A stretch of 64,000 nucleotides of DNA from Candidatus Bathyarchaeota archaeon. GTDB taxonomy: Archaea; Thermoproteota; Bathyarchaeia; Bathyarchaeales; Bathycorpusculaceae. How positions within the stretch are numbered: position 1 is the first letter of the stretch; the number at the start of each line of letters is the position of its first letter. The position numbers were made by a program, and so were the translations under genes. The notes beneath the pieces are model-generated. The model was not told the DNA's origin, searched no databases, and saw only the letters and a program-made list of their open reading frames with translations. The stretch spans positions 96,001-160,000 of the forward strand of contig CAWGYA010000008.1 in assembly GCA_963826715.1 (NCBI GenBank). The letters run 5' to 3'. This document shows, in pieces, positions 10,819 through 22,078 of this stretch.

Positions 10819-10977
10819 CTAATCTTTTGAACCAATAGCAAATAAAAAGCTCTTAAACTGATTGAAAAAGGGTTTAACAACAGACTTTAACTTCTTCGCC
10901 AGGAATTGGAATGGTGAATAAAAACGTCGATTTACATCGTTGTGTCCTGTAAACCAGTCGAATCTCTCAAAATCCAT
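10819..10977 (-). CDS. Possible 52-aa protein
   Basis: Manual ORF MDFERFDWFTGHNDVNRRFYSPFQFLAKKLKSVVKPFFNQFKSFLFAIGSKD; no recognised motif. Confidence 0.3.
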   Translation of the reverse strand: MDFERFDWFTGHNDVNRRFYSPFQFLAKKLKSVVKPFFNQFKSFLFAIGSKD

Positions 10978-11048
10978 AGATACACGTAATTATAAATTGT
11001 GTCTTATTGGAAAAAGATCTTTACAGGATGTTGAAGGCATTTTCAAAG

Positions 11049-12431
11049 CTAAGATTCAATGCGCTCCAACTTTTTTCCTTTGATCAATCTTGCAAGCAAT
11101 ATTATCAATAAAACAGAAAAAGCACTACCAATAATTCCAAGTGCCGTAATTCTCATCGCTTCAACAGCCCATATGGCATGAATAACACCGAGTATTGAAT
11201 TACTATACCAAGGTGCTAAAGACAAAAAGAAAAACGGAAAGGGACAATTCAAAACTGAATAAAGCAAAGCTAATGTTGATAAACCCCAGAAATAAATATT
11301 TTTTATTCGCCCGCCCACATATAGAATAATTAAGAAAGGTATTAACCACACAAAAAACTGCTCACAAATAATGCGATAACCAAGAAACAAAGCGAACAAT
11401 GGCAATAGCATTATCAAAGCTAAATCAAATGCTGACACTTGTCGAGAAAATTTTCCTATTTTCCAATACACCAGAATTAAAGAAGCAACAACCAAAAGGA
11501 TTGAAAAAAAAGATGCTGAGGAAACAAAACTATTTGTCACAGGCAAGTTCAATAGTCGATTCAACAAATAAACCGACCAATAAGTAAGACCAAAGCCTAA
11601 TGGATGATCAATCTGATTAGAAAGGGTGGATGAGGCCAAAAGATTCGGAGTAAAGAAGCTAGTAAAAAAACTTGCCATCACACTTAAGTACGGCAGGACA
11701 AGAAGAAACGAGGAAACAGTGAATATTGAAAAAAACTTTGTTGAGTTCTTCCATTTTTCATTATCTGCACCTGTTTTTATAATATAGAAAATCATTGGAA
11801 TCAGAAACAAAGCAGGATATAATTTGGAAGCGAACCCCAAACTTAAGCAAATAGCGGAAAAAGCGTACTTCTTTTTTAATATAAAGTAGAAAGCTGCAAA
11901 AGAAAACAAGGCCGGCATAGTATCCCACATGCCCCAACCCGCTGAAATCCAAATAACAAATGGGTTGAAAAACCATAAAATCGTAGCTTTTTCAGCAAGC
12001 CCCTTGCTGTTTGTTAGCTCCAGAACTATCTTGTAGAGTAGTAGAGCCAACGCTATGTCTGAAATTAAGAATGGAATCTTTACGACAAAATTGAAAAGCA
12101 GACCCGGAATATACTGTATATTGAAGGAAGGATAGAAATTCAGTTCCGCTGGTATCGAAGCCATGGGGATTGCGCTTGTGGATAAAACGCCTGAAAGCCA
12201 ATCGTAACTATAAGCGATTGGAACTAACATGTAATGGTACCATAATGGAGGAAACGCCTGAAGGCTAAAAGCGCCGTTTTTCAAAATGTTCTCAGAGATG
12301 TTATACCAAACGCTAACATCGAAAGGATGCGCTGAAATGGGCATCAAAATGAGTCTAACAATAACGCCTAAGACTAAGATTACCGCAAGTTTATGTCTTA
12401 AGACGAAGCAACGAAGTATTGTTAAATCCAC
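11049..12431 (-). CDS. GT-C membrane glycosyltransferase (GT87/PIG-M-like)
   Basis: HPFD, FPPLW, KIPFLISD, FFNPFVIWISAGWGMWD, KLYP, QFFVW; multi-pass. Confidence 0.8.
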   Translation of the reverse strand: MDLTILRCFVLRHKLAVILVLGVIVRLILMPISAHPFDVSVWYNISENILKNGAFSLQAFPPLWYHYMLVPIAYSYDWLSGVLSTSAIPMASIPAELNFYPSFNIQYIPGLLFNFVVKIPFLISDIALALLLYKIVLELTNSKGLAEKATILWFFNPFVIWISAGWGMWDTMPALFSFAAFYFILKKKYAFSAICLSLGFASKLYPALFLIPMIFYIIKTGADNEKWKNSTKFFSIFTVSSFLLVLPYLSVMASFFTSFFTPNLLASSTLSNQIDHPLGFGLTYWSVYLLNRLLNLPVTNSFVSSASFFSILLVVASLILVYWKIGKFSRQVSAFDLALIMLLPLFALFLGYRIICEQFFVWLIPFLIILYVGGRIKNIYFWGLSTLALLYSVLNCPFPFFFLSLAPWYSNSILGVIHAIWAVEAMRITALGIIGSAFSVLLIILLARLIKGKKLERIES

Positions 12432-12604
12432 AGTTAGGCGCTCACTTTTGCATTAGTAGGTAAGTATTTGTATATATAGCGATTCTTCGCTCACGACACT
12501 TTATGGAACATGATAGAAGATTCTAACACATGTTGGGGTTATACTTAATCAGAATATTGAGCATCCCACTAAGCAACGTTACGGATGGCATCACAAATCC
12601 CAGA

Positions 12605-12745
12605 TTAGTCATCGAGAGCTTCAATCATTTCTTTATCGCAGCACCAGGGTGCTTTTTCCACGTTTCGTTTAACGTCGCCAGTGCAGCTGAGTTCAAATTC
12701 AGAGCGGACTTTGCGATGACACACGGTACATTCAAATGTTGGCAT
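12605..12745 (-). CDS. 46-aa Cys-rich metal-binding protein (desulforedoxin/Zn-ribbon-like)
   Basis: Manual translation MPTFECTVCHRKVRSEFELSCTGDVKRNVEKAPWCCDKEMIEALDD; CxxC...CCxxxM. Confidence 0.7.
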   Translation of the reverse strand: MPTFECTVCHRKVRSEFELSCTGDVKRNVEKAPWCCDKEMIEALDD

Positions 12746-13172
12746 TATCATCTAGAAAACAAGAGAGACCCCACATAATATAATTTTTTTGTAAAAACAC
12801 TGCGTTAGGAAGTTGAGAGATAGATTAACTTAAAGGCAAACAAATTCAGGAAGAGAGAGAGGGGGGAACAAGATGCCTGCCTTTAAGCTAACCTTTCACA
12901 ATTATCTATTAAGCGCCATTGAAGCATAAATAATAATGTGACTGTACTACGACAGCAACAACTCGGATCGCAGCCACAAATTAAAATGCGCAAAGCGTAA
13001 ATTTTATTGAGTTCTGAAAATTTTGCTAAAATAGCTGTATTGCGCCAACTAAAAAAGAGCCCACATGAATTTTTTGGCACAAAACGCTACCGATTGATTG
13101 CTCTTAGCCCCGAAATAGGAAAACCCTTTAAAACCATCCATTAACTTTAGGAGCTGAAAGGTAGCACGTGGA

Positions 13173-14108
13173 ATGGCTGAGAAAAAAGAACATAAGAAGG
13201 CAGGGTTTGATTACCGATCCTCACGGTTCTTCTCATTGCTTTTTCCAGCATTATATCTAATCGCAATCGGGATCTTCAGCTTAATCTATCATATTATTCC
13301 GGGTCCTGAATTTCTAATTTTAGCCTTCCTCATCTACGCCGCCTATAACCAAAGAACCTGGCGATTCCTCAAAGACTGGCTACCCTTCATTACAATCTTT
13401 GTCTCCTACGAAATCATGTACGGAATCGTGGGCGCAATCTCGGCAAGCAACCTGCAGTCCGGTCCATTTAATCTTGAAATGGGATTATTCGGAGGCCAAA
13501 TTCCCAGCCTAATTTTGCAGCAAACCATCCATTTGCCCGTTTTAGATTACATGGGCGCCTTCTTCTATTCGCTTCACTTTTTTGCACCTACCATTTTTGC
13601 CTTTGTTCTTTGGAAAGTTAGCCCGCCTAATTATTGGAAATACACAGTTGCCTTTGGTATATGCACTTACGCTGCCCTGATCACTTTTCTATTTTATCCT
13701 GTTGCGCCCCCATGGATAGAGCTTAACTCAACCTACAATTTAGCTTATGCAGGACCTAATGTATCGAGGATTTTGACAGATTCCGTAGATGCAAATCTAG
13801 GCATACCTGTGTACAGGACGCTTTTTGATTTTCTTAGCCCAAATCAATATGCAGCTTTCCCCAGTATGCACTCCGCCTTACCCTTTCTAATTTCCCTCTT
13901 CGCCATAAAAATCTGGAAAATCAAAGCCCTACCCATCCTGATTTTCCCGATCGGTGTCTGGTTCAGCGCCGTTTATCTAGGCGAGCACTATGTAGTGGAT
14001 GTTTTAGGAGGCATTGCCTATGCTGTTTTGGCGTTTATAATTGTAGAGAAAGTTTTACCGATACTCTCCAGAAAAAGTGGCATCCTTAGAAAACATTGCG
14101 TCACCTAA
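13173..14108 (+). CDS. PAP2-superfamily (AUR1/IPC synthase-like) membrane phosphatase/phosphotransferase
   Basis: YSLHF, PVAPPW, AAFPSMH, LGEHYVVD. Confidence 0.88.
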   Translation: MAEKKEHKKAGFDYRSSRFFSLLFPALYLIAIGIFSLIYHIIPGPEFLILAFLIYAAYNQRTWRFLKDWLPFITIFVSYEIMYGIVGAISASNLQSGPFNLEMGLFGGQIPSLILQQTIHLPVLDYMGAFFYSLHFFAPTIFAFVLWKVSPPNYWKYTVAFGICTYAALITFLFYPVAPPWIELNSTYNLAYAGPNVSRILTDSVDANLGIPVYRTLFDFLSPNQYAAFPSMHSALPFLISLFAIKIWKIKALPILIFPIGVWFSAVYLGEHYVVDVLGGIAYAVLAFIIVEKVLPILSRKSGILRKHCVT

Positions 14109-14218
14109 AATTGAGGAAGCACTTTACCTGCCTACCGGCAAGGGGGCTTGCCCAAATAAGGGGTTATTGAACAATAAAATATGCGAATTCTTAGGCAGAC
14201 TCATATCTTGACTGGAAC

Positions 14219-14599
<381 letters not shown>

Positions 14600-14637
14600 C
14601 TATTAACTTTTTCTTGTTTTAATACATCTTCTCTTGA

Positions 14638-14793
14638 TTAAGAAGATAATTCGATAGTTTCCCCAATTTCTAAGGCTTTGCCTTTGAGAGCATCGAGATC
14701 TTGGCGAATTTTCTGAAGCTCAACTTTTGAGGCTTCCTCGATAGCTTTAATAAATTTCTGGTAGTCCGCTTCTATTTTCTCTGAAGCCACCAT
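14638..14793 (-). CDS. 51-aa charged helical protein inside the ATP synthase operon
   Basis: Manual translation MVASEKIEADYQKFIKAIEEASKVELQKIRQDLDALKGKALEIGETIELSS; GGTGA SD-like motif upstream. Confidence 0.65.
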   Translation of the reverse strand: MVASEKIEADYQKFIKAIEEASKVELQKIRQDLDALKGKALEIGETIELSS

Positions 14794-14805
14794 TTAAATC
14801 ACCAA

Positions 14806-15261
14806 TTATTTTACAACCAGCACAGGACAACTTGAATACTCAATCACCCGTTCAGCGACACTGCCCAACAATATTCGCTCAGCTCCCCTATACCCATACG
14901 TTCCCATTACAATAAGATCCATGTTTAAGCCTTTAGCCAAATTTACGATCTGCTCAAATGGTCGACCTTTTGCAACCATTGAAGAGGCTTTTACACCCTC
15001 CTTCTCTGCTAAACCCAAAATATAGTTTACGTCGCGTTGTCCATCCATTTTAAGTTCCCGCTCCACTATCTCGCGTTGGGTTGAATCGGAGAATTTATCG
15101 ATAACAACTTCATCCATAACGTAGACAACAAAAATCTCTGCATCATGAGTTTTAGCGATACTTATGGCGTATTCTGCGGCGTGATTGCTGTGATCGGACC
15201 CATCGGTGGGAACTAATATTTTCTCTATCGTTTCAGAACTAAACTTTTTCATTTGAAACAA
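14806..15261 (-). CDS. Universal stress protein (UspA family)
   Basis: KILVPTDGS, DLIVMGTYG, LLGSVAERV, CPVLVVK. Confidence 0.93.
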   Translation of the reverse strand: MFQMKKFSSETIEKILVPTDGSDHSNHAAEYAISIAKTHDAEIFVVYVMDEVVIDKFSDSTQREIVERELKMDGQRDVNYILGLAEKEGVKASSMVAKGRPFEQIVNLAKGLNMDLIVMGTYGYRGAERILLGSVAERVIEYSSCPVLVVK

Positions 15262-15895
15262 GCTCCTCTTGGTGACCTTTGATTAGAGTTTTAATTCGTT
15301 TGGTCCGCACGAATTCTTCGCGTTCCTTTTCTTCCAATACCAATTCAATCTGTTTAGCCGTCTTGCGGAACCGCGGAATAAGAACATGATTTAATGCGTT
15401 GACTCGCCGCTGGGTTCTCTTGACGTCGTTGGCTATCTGAAAAGTGGTTCCTTCAGCTTTTGCCAAATTCGCCAGCAGTTTTATCACGGTATGGAATTCT
15501 TTGAAGGCATGATCTAATTCCGCATTGGTGTTGACAAAACCATAGTCAGGTTTAACACCGGTTTCATCCTCGAGAGTCACCACCGGGACCGTCACGCCCA
15601 TGATACTACGATAATCAATCATGTACTCAGCCTTGTTGCTGGATCCTAACGCTACGTTAGCGATGGTTTCAGAACCCTTAGCCATTATGGCTTCCCGCAG
15701 ACTTAAGTAAGCCTTCGCCAGCGCCTCTAACAGATCTTCGCGGGTTTTTTCAGCATCAAAAATACTGTTACGCAACTCGCGTAGCAAAATATCCCGTTTG
15801 CGTTCCAGAACCTCTCGTCCAGATTCTGCTAGGCTTAACGTTTTTTTGGTTTGTATGAGGTTGATTCTTGTGGGGCTGATGTTGTCTTGTGACAT
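15239..15895 (-). CDS. atpD: ATP synthase subunit D
   Basis: PTRINL, LERKRDIL, TQRRVNAL, LEEKEREEF. Confidence 0.95.
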   Translation of the reverse strand: MSQDNISPTRINLIQTKKTLSLAESGREVLERKRDILLRELRNSIFDAEKTREDLLEALAKAYLSLREAIMAKGSETIANVALGSSNKAEYMIDYRSIMGVTVPVVTLEDETGVKPDYGFVNTNAELDHAFKEFHTVIKLLANLAKAEGTTFQIANDVKRTQRRVNALNHVLIPRFRKTAKQIELVLEEKEREEFVRTKRIKTLIKGHQEELVSNEKV

Positions 15896-15899
15896 ACGT

Positions 15900-17297
15900 C
15901 TACTTTACCTCAACATCCACTTTAGGCATGTAGCTGTTAATGTATTCGGGTTTGATGCTGGTTAATTCTTGTTCAGGCAAATCAGAGAGCACATCCCAAG
16001 CTATCGAGAGTGTTTCTTCGATTGTTCGATTCTCAAGTTTACCTTGGTTGATGAGTGTTTTCTCAAAGTGATCGCCAAAACGCAGATACTCTTTTTCTCG
16101 GCTACCTAATCCTTCCTCTCCGATTATAGTAACCAATGACTTCACTGAATTATACTGTGCATATGCCGAGTAAAGTTGGCTGGCAACATTGGCATGGTCT
16201 TCACGGGTACTACCCTTGCCTATACCATCCTTCATCAATCGCGAGAGACTAGTGGAGATATAAATCGGCGGATATATCCCCTGTTTCTCCATTGAACGAG
16301 AAAGAACAATCTGCCCCTCGGTAATGTAACCAGTTAAGTCGGGAATAGGGTGGGTGATATCGTCATTTGGCATGGTCAAAATTGGCATCTGAGTGATAGA
16401 GCCGCGTTTGCCAATGATTCTACCCGCTCGCTCGTAAATGCTGGCAAGGTCACTATACATGTAGCCGGGGTAGCCTTTGCGACTGGGCACTTCCTCCATG
16501 GAGGAGCTGACTTCCCTCAGTGCCTCACAATAGTTAGTCATGTCAGTCATAACGACAAGCACGTGGGATTCTTGATCAAACGCCAAATACTCGGCCAAAG
16601 TCAAACCAGCGCGCGGAGTAATAATACGCTCCACAGGCGGATCTTCGGCTAAGTTAAGGAACATCGCAACGTTTTTGATTGCCCCTGTCTCCTCGAAGCT
16701 CTTCTGAAAAAACGCTGCATCATCATGCGCCAATCCCATGGCAATGAAGATAATGTTAAAGGGTTCACCACCGCTGCGAATCTGAGCCTGACGTACGATC
16801 TGAGCAGCTAACTCATTGTGAGATAATCCTGGTCCACTAAAAACTGGGAGTTTCTGTCCACGAACAAGGCTTGTTAAGCCGTCGATTGCTGATATTCCTG
16901 TCTGGATAAAGTCTTTGGGGTACTCGCGAGCGTTTGGATTAATTGGAAAACCATTGACATCCCGTTTCTCTTCTGTGAAGAATCGAGGGTGACCATCAAT
17001 GGGGTCGCCGAAGCTATTCATAACACGTCCTAGCATCTCCGTGGACACAGGAACTTCAAGGGGCTTGCCTAAGAAACGGGTGCGAGTCTGGGAAAGCGAG
17101 ATCCCGGTGGTGCCTTCGAAAACCTGCACGGTTACAGCTTTCTTAGTGACTTGAATGACTTTGCCGAGTCTGATTTCACCGTTTTGCATTTTTACAGAAA
17201 CCAATTCGTCGAAGCCGACTTGTTTCACGTTTTCGACGACAATGATAGGCCCTGAAATTGAAGCTATGCCCTTATATTCTAAACCTATGCTTGCCAT
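15900..17297 (-). CDS. atpB: ATP synthase subunit B
   Basis: [41 protein letters not shown]. Confidence 0.97.
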   Translation of the reverse strand: MASIGLEYKGIASISGPIIVVENVKQVGFDELVSVKMQNGEIRLGKVIQVTKKAVTVQVFEGTTGISLSQTRTRFLGKPLEVPVSTEMLGRVMNSFGDPIDGHPRFFTEEKRDVNGFPINPNAREYPKDFIQTGISAIDGLTSLVRGQKLPVFSGPGLSHNELAAQIVRQAQIRSGGEPFNIIFIAMGLAHDDAAFFQKSFEETGAIKNVAMFLNLAEDPPVERIITPRAGLTLAEYLAFDQESHVLVVMTDMTNYCEALREVSSSMEEVPSRKGYPGYMYSDLASIYERAGRIIGKRGSITQMPILTMPNDDITHPIPDLTGYITEGQIVLSRSMEKQGIYPPIYISTSLSRLMKDGIGKGSTREDHANVASQLYSAYAQYNSVKSLVTIIGEEGLGSREKEYLRFGDHFEKTLINQGKLENRTIEETLSIAWDVLSDLPEQELTSIKPEYINSYMPKVDVEVK

Positions 17298-17302
17298 AGA
17301 AA

Positions 17303-19105
17303 TTACCTCAAACTTGCCTCCAGTCCATCAAAGTTTTCATACATGCGCTTCTCTAAATTATCCAACTTCTCAACTTGGTCGTTGGGAATAGCGGTTTTCA
17401 TACGCATGATTTCTTCCATAATGGGTAACTCGGTGACTTTGAAGATGGGGGCACCTTTGCTGACGACGTTTTCGGCTAGTCGATGGAAGTCCACGATTAT
17501 TTTTAGCATCTTAAACTGCTTTTGAGGGCTACAATAGGTGTCTATTGAGTCAAGAGCATTCTGCTGGAGCAGTGCGATACGGATAATGCGTGCAATCTCC
17601 AATATCAACCGCTGCTTGTCAGGTAACGCTTCAGGACCAACCAGTTTCACGATGTTTTTAAGCTCATCCTCCGACTGCAAGATACGAATAGCTTCTTCAC
17701 GATAGCTGTTCCATTTCTCATCGACATTCTTGTGCCACCAGCCGGAAACGTCAGCGATATAGCCACTGTAGCTCTGCATCCAATTAATTGATGGATAGTG
17801 ACGCGCATCCGCTAACTCCGCATCAAGCGCCCAGAAAACCCGCGTAAAACGCTTAGTATGTTGAGTAACAGGTTCCGAGAAATCGCCTCCGGGTGGAGAA
17901 ACAGCGCCAATAGCACAAATTGAGCCCATCCGTTTATCTGAGCCTAAAGCTTCAACGACGCCTGTGCGTTCATAGAACTCAGCGAGACGAGAGGGCAGAT
18001 AACTTGGGAAGCCTTCTTCCGCTGGCATCTCTTCAAGTCGACCAGACACTTCTCTTAGCGCCTCTGCCCATCTGCTAGTGGAATCCGCCATTAACGCTAC
18101 AGCGTATCCCATATCGCGAAAGTACTCTGCAATGGCTATTCCTGTATAGATGCTGGCTTCACGGGCTGAGACGGGCATGTTGCTTGTATTTGCAATTAGA
18201 ATCGTGCGTTCCATCAGTGGGTGACCTGTAGTTGGATCAATTAGTTTAGGGAAACTATCTAGGACATCGACCATTTCGTTACCACGTTCTCCACAGCCCA
18301 CATAAATGACTATATTAGCATCAGACCACTTCGCAAGCTGCTGCTGAGTAACAGTTTTCCCTGCACCGAATGGTCCAGGGATAGCTGCAGATCCACCTTT
18401 GGCAATGGGGAAAAAAGTGTCGATTACACGCTGACCTGTGATGAGCGGAGTAAATGCAAAGAGACGTTTGCTATGCGGACGTGGTTTTCTAATCGGCCAT
18501 TTCTGCATCATCTGCAAATCAGTTTTGACACCATTATTCTCTAAGGTGGCAATATTGTCGATAACAGTATATTGACCCTGGACGACAATTTTGATAACCT
18601 TACCCGAGACGCCTATAGGAACCAAGATACGGTGCTCAACTATGTCGGTTTCCTGAACTGTTCCAAGGATGTCTCCGCCTACAACTTTGTCGCCTACTTT
18701 TACTTTGGGATTAAAAAGCCATGTTTTGGTTCTACTTAGCGCGGTTACACCTTTAGCTTGCTTAATGAAAGCACCGGTTAGTTCCCGTAGAGTTTCAAGA
18801 GGACGTTGTATCCCATCGAAAGTGTTACCCAGCAAGCCAGGTCCAAGTTCCACAGAAAGGGGACTGCCTGTTCCCATTACAGGTTCGTCGAGTTTTAATC
18901 CTGTTGTGTTCTGGTAAACTTGGATGGTTGCATATTCAGCTTCGAGGCGGATGATTTCCCCGATTAAGCCTTCGTGACCAACCTCGACCATTTCGTGCAT
19001 GACTGCTTCAGACATGTCTTTGGCTTCAACAACTGGGCCTGCAACTCTTATGACACTGCCTTTTCCAGTCACTTTAGGACGCCCCGAAAAGTTGTTTTGC
19101 GACAA
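17303..19105 (-). CDS. atpA: ATP synthase subunit A
   Basis: P-loop [38 protein letters not shown]. Confidence 0.97.
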   Translation of the reverse strand: MSQNNFSGRPKVTGKGSVIRVAGPVVEAKDMSEAVMHEMVEVGHEGLIGEIIRLEAEYATIQVYQNTTGLKLDEPVMGTGSPLSVELGPGLLGNTFDGIQRPLETLRELTGAFIKQAKGVTALSRTKTWLFNPKVKVGDKVVGGDILGTVQETDIVEHRILVPIGVSGKVIKIVVQGQYTVIDNIATLENNGVKTDLQMMQKWPIRKPRPHSKRLFAFTPLITGQRVIDTFFPIAKGGSAAIPGPFGAGKTVTQQQLAKWSDANIVIYVGCGERGNEMVDVLDSFPKLIDPTTGHPLMERTILIANTSNMPVSAREASIYTGIAIAEYFRDMGYAVALMADSTSRWAEALREVSGRLEEMPAEEGFPSYLPSRLAEFYERTGVVEALGSDKRMGSICAIGAVSPPGGDFSEPVTQHTKRFTRVFWALDAELADARHYPSINWMQSYSGYIADVSGWWHKNVDEKWNSYREEAIRILQSEDELKNIVKLVGPEALPDKQRLILEIARIIRIALLQQNALDSIDTYCSPQKQFKMLKIIVDFHRLAENVVSKGAPIFKVTELPIMEEIMRMKTAIPNDQVEKLDNLEKRMYENFDGLEASLR

Positions 19106-19691
19106 TTACTCGAAGTCTTGGTGTGAGTTCAGTGAGTCTGTAGTCGAAGGTGGCATCGTAAATTTTTTTCCCATCGTTCGTCTGAATTCTACAGCCGCCG
19201 ATGAAGTTTTCTGTTTCGTTTGATAATTCGAGTTTGGTATGTGATTTCGTGGATATTTTTTTGAGCATGCTAGGTGTTAACCAACCTTTATCTTTAACGT
19301 TAACTTGGACAATAAGGTTCTCTTGACCCATTTTTCCAGCAACATTCTCAATGAGATTTAAAAGATAATTTGGGTACTCAGTGCTGCGCACAAACTCTTT
19401 GAGCTTATCAGTTGCCTTCTCAAAAGTAGCATCAACTAACTCTTCTTTAGTTTGCAGTAGGCGGTTACGTACCTCAACTTCGGCGATAGAGCCAATTTTG
19501 CGTTTCTCAGCTTCCGCCTTTTCGTTTGCATTCACGATTATTGAGCGCAAGGATGCTCTGGATTTATCTTTGGCTGCTCTAAGGGTTTCTTTAGCTTCGT
19601 TTTCAGCAGCCAAAATTAGGGCTTCAGCCTCTTTTTGCACGTCGCCTACAACTTCGTTTGCAATAGCGGCAATTCCAGTTTTAACGCTCAT
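19074..19691 (-). CDS. atpE: ATP synthase subunit E
   Basis: N-terminal coiled coil, IGGC, DATF; operon position. Confidence 0.9.
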   Translation of the reverse strand: MSVKTGIAAIANEVVGDVQKEAEALILAAENEAKETLRAAKDKSRASLRSIIVNANEKAEAEKRKIGSIAEVEVRNRLLQTKEELVDATFEKATDKLKEFVRSTEYPNYLLNLIENVAGKMGQENLIVQVNVKDKGWLTPSMLKKISTKSHTKLELSNETENFIGGCRIQTNDGKKIYDATFDYRLTELTPRLRVIVAKQLFGAS

Positions 19692-19703
19692 ACAGGTGAT
19701 CTC

Positions 19704-20012
19704 TCAAATTTTTATACTTAAGATTTTACTAATGGTATCTGAAAGTTTAACATTGTCTTTTGCACCTCTGCTGCCTGGTAACTCAACAATCATAGGGGTG
19801 ACACGTTCCTGGCGCACTTTATCAACTTGTGCTTGAACTGACGGTTCAGAGGCAAAAATATCACTTAGAATAATTATAGCTATATCACTGCGCGCAAGAG
19901 CTCGGTTTAGAGCTTTAATCGCTTCAGTAGCTGTATTGGCTTCTTCGCCTTCGACGCCGACCAGTCGGAAACCCGTTAGCATGTCACCGTCGCCTATCAC
20001 GTAGCCAATCAT
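19704..20012 (-). CDS. atpF: ATP synthase subunit F
   Basis: VIGDGDMLTGFRLVGV, PMIVELP. Confidence 0.93.
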   Translation of the reverse strand: MIGYVIGDGDMLTGFRLVGVEGEEANTATEAIKALNRALARSDIAIIILSDIFASEPSVQAQVDKVRQERVTPMIVELPGSRGAKDNVKLSDTISKILSIKI

Positions 20013-20068
20013 GCCGTCACCAAATATAACTTTAAATGCTTGTTGGTAAGTTCAAAATACTGTTAAAT

Positions 20069-22078
20069 ATGTTGCGACCCGAAAGAATGACTTCGGCATC
20101 TATTATATGTGTAAAAAAAGATGTCGAATCAGTCCTTGAAACGCTAAGTTTCTTCGGTGAATTTCATATTGAGCAGTCTCCACAAGACGAAGTAAACTTA
20201 AGGGTCTATAATCAGAGCATCCAGATTGTTGAGGAAAGTCTGCTTGATCTAACCTATCTCTCTAGTCAACTCGTCAAAGAAAAAACGGGTTTATTTGATA
20301 TTTTCAAGTTGAAACAACCTATCACAGTTAATGTAACTGCGGATAACTGGCGAAGCCTCCTCGGAAATACAAACCAAAACATACGAACGTTGAAAAAAGA
20401 AATTGAAGGCTTAAACACCTCACTAAAAAGCCTTAAAGAGAAAGCCTCAGATTTAATGCTCCTCAAAGATATGCTCTCCACGATACAAGATATGGGCATA
20501 GACCTTGCAACCATGGGCAAGTTCAAATTGGTTCATGTCGAAATTGCAAGGCTTCCTAAAAAAAATTTTGAGCCATTTGAAATGTCCCTTGCCCAACTAC
20601 CGTTGAATGTGCATACGTGCCCATTAGTGGGAGATTTTGTTTTCGTCTGCTTAGCTATGCCAACCAAGCATCAAGAAGAAGTTGAGAAAATCCTGCATAC
20701 ATATCACGCTGAGATTTTCCAGCTTCCCCCCGAGTTGCCAGCGAACGCAGTCAAAGCATTAAAGCAGGTTAAGAATCTCCTGAACGAGAATGAAGAGAAA
20801 CAAAAAGAACTTAAGGGCAAATTTGATAAGCTGGAAGAAGAAAACAGAAGCAACTTCTTTGCTTGGAAAGAAACCTCAGAGAATATTCTAGCGTTGCTTA
20901 ATGCTGAGAAAAAGATTCTTCAATCAGGGAGGCTTGCAACCATCAAAGGTTTTGTGCCTCAGGATAAGTTTGGGGATCTTAGCCAAGCCGTTCATGGAAA
21001 AGTGGAAGATAAAGCACTAATTTTACCTAACGATACACTTGAAAACGCTGATACCCCAACCAAAATTACGCATAACCGATTTGTTAAGCCCTTCGAAGAG
21101 CTAACTAAACTTTATGGGCTACCAAAATATGAGGAAGTTGACCCGACCCCCTTCCTCGCAATCACGTTTCCGATTATCTTTGGGTTAATGTTCGGCGATT
21201 TGGGACATGGTTTAGTGCTTTTACTTGGAGGAGTAATAGTTGGCAGCCTGATCAAAGGAAACCAAGGTATGAAAAACGTCTGCTGGATCATCGCTGCCTG
21301 CGGCATCGGGGCGATAGGAGCGGGTTTACTTTTCGGCGAATTCTTCGGTACGGAGCTTCCTTGGGGACCACTCTGGTTTAGTCCATTTAGCCCGACTGGA
21401 AATGTATTCAACTTTTTAATATTCAGCCTTTTCGTTGGCATTGTGCAAATCGTTAGCGGCTTAATCATCGAAATGGTAAATTACGCATTAAAACATGAGT
21501 ACGCAGATGCATTTCTGACATCGGTGCCTAAAATTGCATTTTACATGGGCGGCATTTATTTGATTGCAACATACCAACTTGATTTTGCAGCTTGGCTATC
21601 TGGACCTATCCTGGCGCCTATAATCCCATTCATAGTCATGGTTGCAGGTAAACCACTATATCTAATGGCAGCAAAACCAGCTGGGCAACACAAAAATGAG
21701 CATGCCGAACAAGATACCATAATAGGAAGACTCTTTGAGGGAGGAGACTTCTTCACGCGCTTGCTAAGCAATACCATATCGTATAGCCGTATCCTCGCGT
21801 TGCTAATGGCGCATTGGGCACTACTCTTGGTAGTTTATCAAGTCTCAGGTTTAGTTGAGGGATTGGGAATCCTCGGATTAGTATTAAGCGGAGTAGTTGT
21901 TGTCTTCGGCAACATATTTGTGCTCGCATTAGAGGGCCTAATAGTTTTCATTCACACTCTAAGACTTCACTTCTATGAGTGGTTCAGCAAATTCTATGCA
22001 GGGACTGGAACAGAATTCCAAGCATTCAAACAGAAATTCGTCTACACAAAACTGTCGATGAAAGAAAATAAGGACTAA
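20069..22078 (+). CDS. atpI: ATP synthase subunit I (a), on the opposite strand to the rest of the cluster
   Basis: MLRPERM start, YGLPKYEEVDPT, FGLMFGDLGHG, essential-Arg SYSRILAL, LRLHFYEWFSKFY. Confidence 0.95.
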   Translation: MLRPERMTSASIICVKKDVESVLETLSFFGEFHIEQSPQDEVNLRVYNQSIQIVEESLLDLTYLSSQLVKEKTGLFDIFKLKQPITVNVTADNWRSLLGNTNQNIRTLKKEIEGLNTSLKSLKEKASDLMLLKDMLSTIQDMGIDLATMGKFKLVHVEIARLPKKNFEPFEMSLAQLPLNVHTCPLVGDFVFVCLAMPTKHQEEVEKILHTYHAEIFQLPPELPANAVKALKQVKNLLNENEEKQKELKGKFDKLEEENRSNFFAWKETSENILALLNAEKKILQSGRLATIKGFVPQDKFGDLSQAVHGKVEDKALILPNDTLENADTPTKITHNRFVKPFEELTKLYGLPKYEEVDPTPFLAITFPIIFGLMFGDLGHGLVLLLGGVIVGSLIKGNQGMKNVCWIIAACGIGAIGAGLLFGEFFGTELPWGPLWFSPFSPTGNVFNFLIFSLFVGIVQIVSGLIIEMVNYALKHEYADAFLTSVPKIAFYMGGIYLIATYQLDFAAWLSGPILAPIIPFIVMVAGKPLYLMAAKPAGQHKNEHAEQDTIIGRLFEGGDFFTRLLSNTISYSRILALLMAHWALLLVVYQVSGLVEGLGILGLVLSGVVVVFGNIFVLALEGLIVFIHTLRLHFYEWFSKFYAGTGTEFQAFKQKFVYTKLSMKENKD

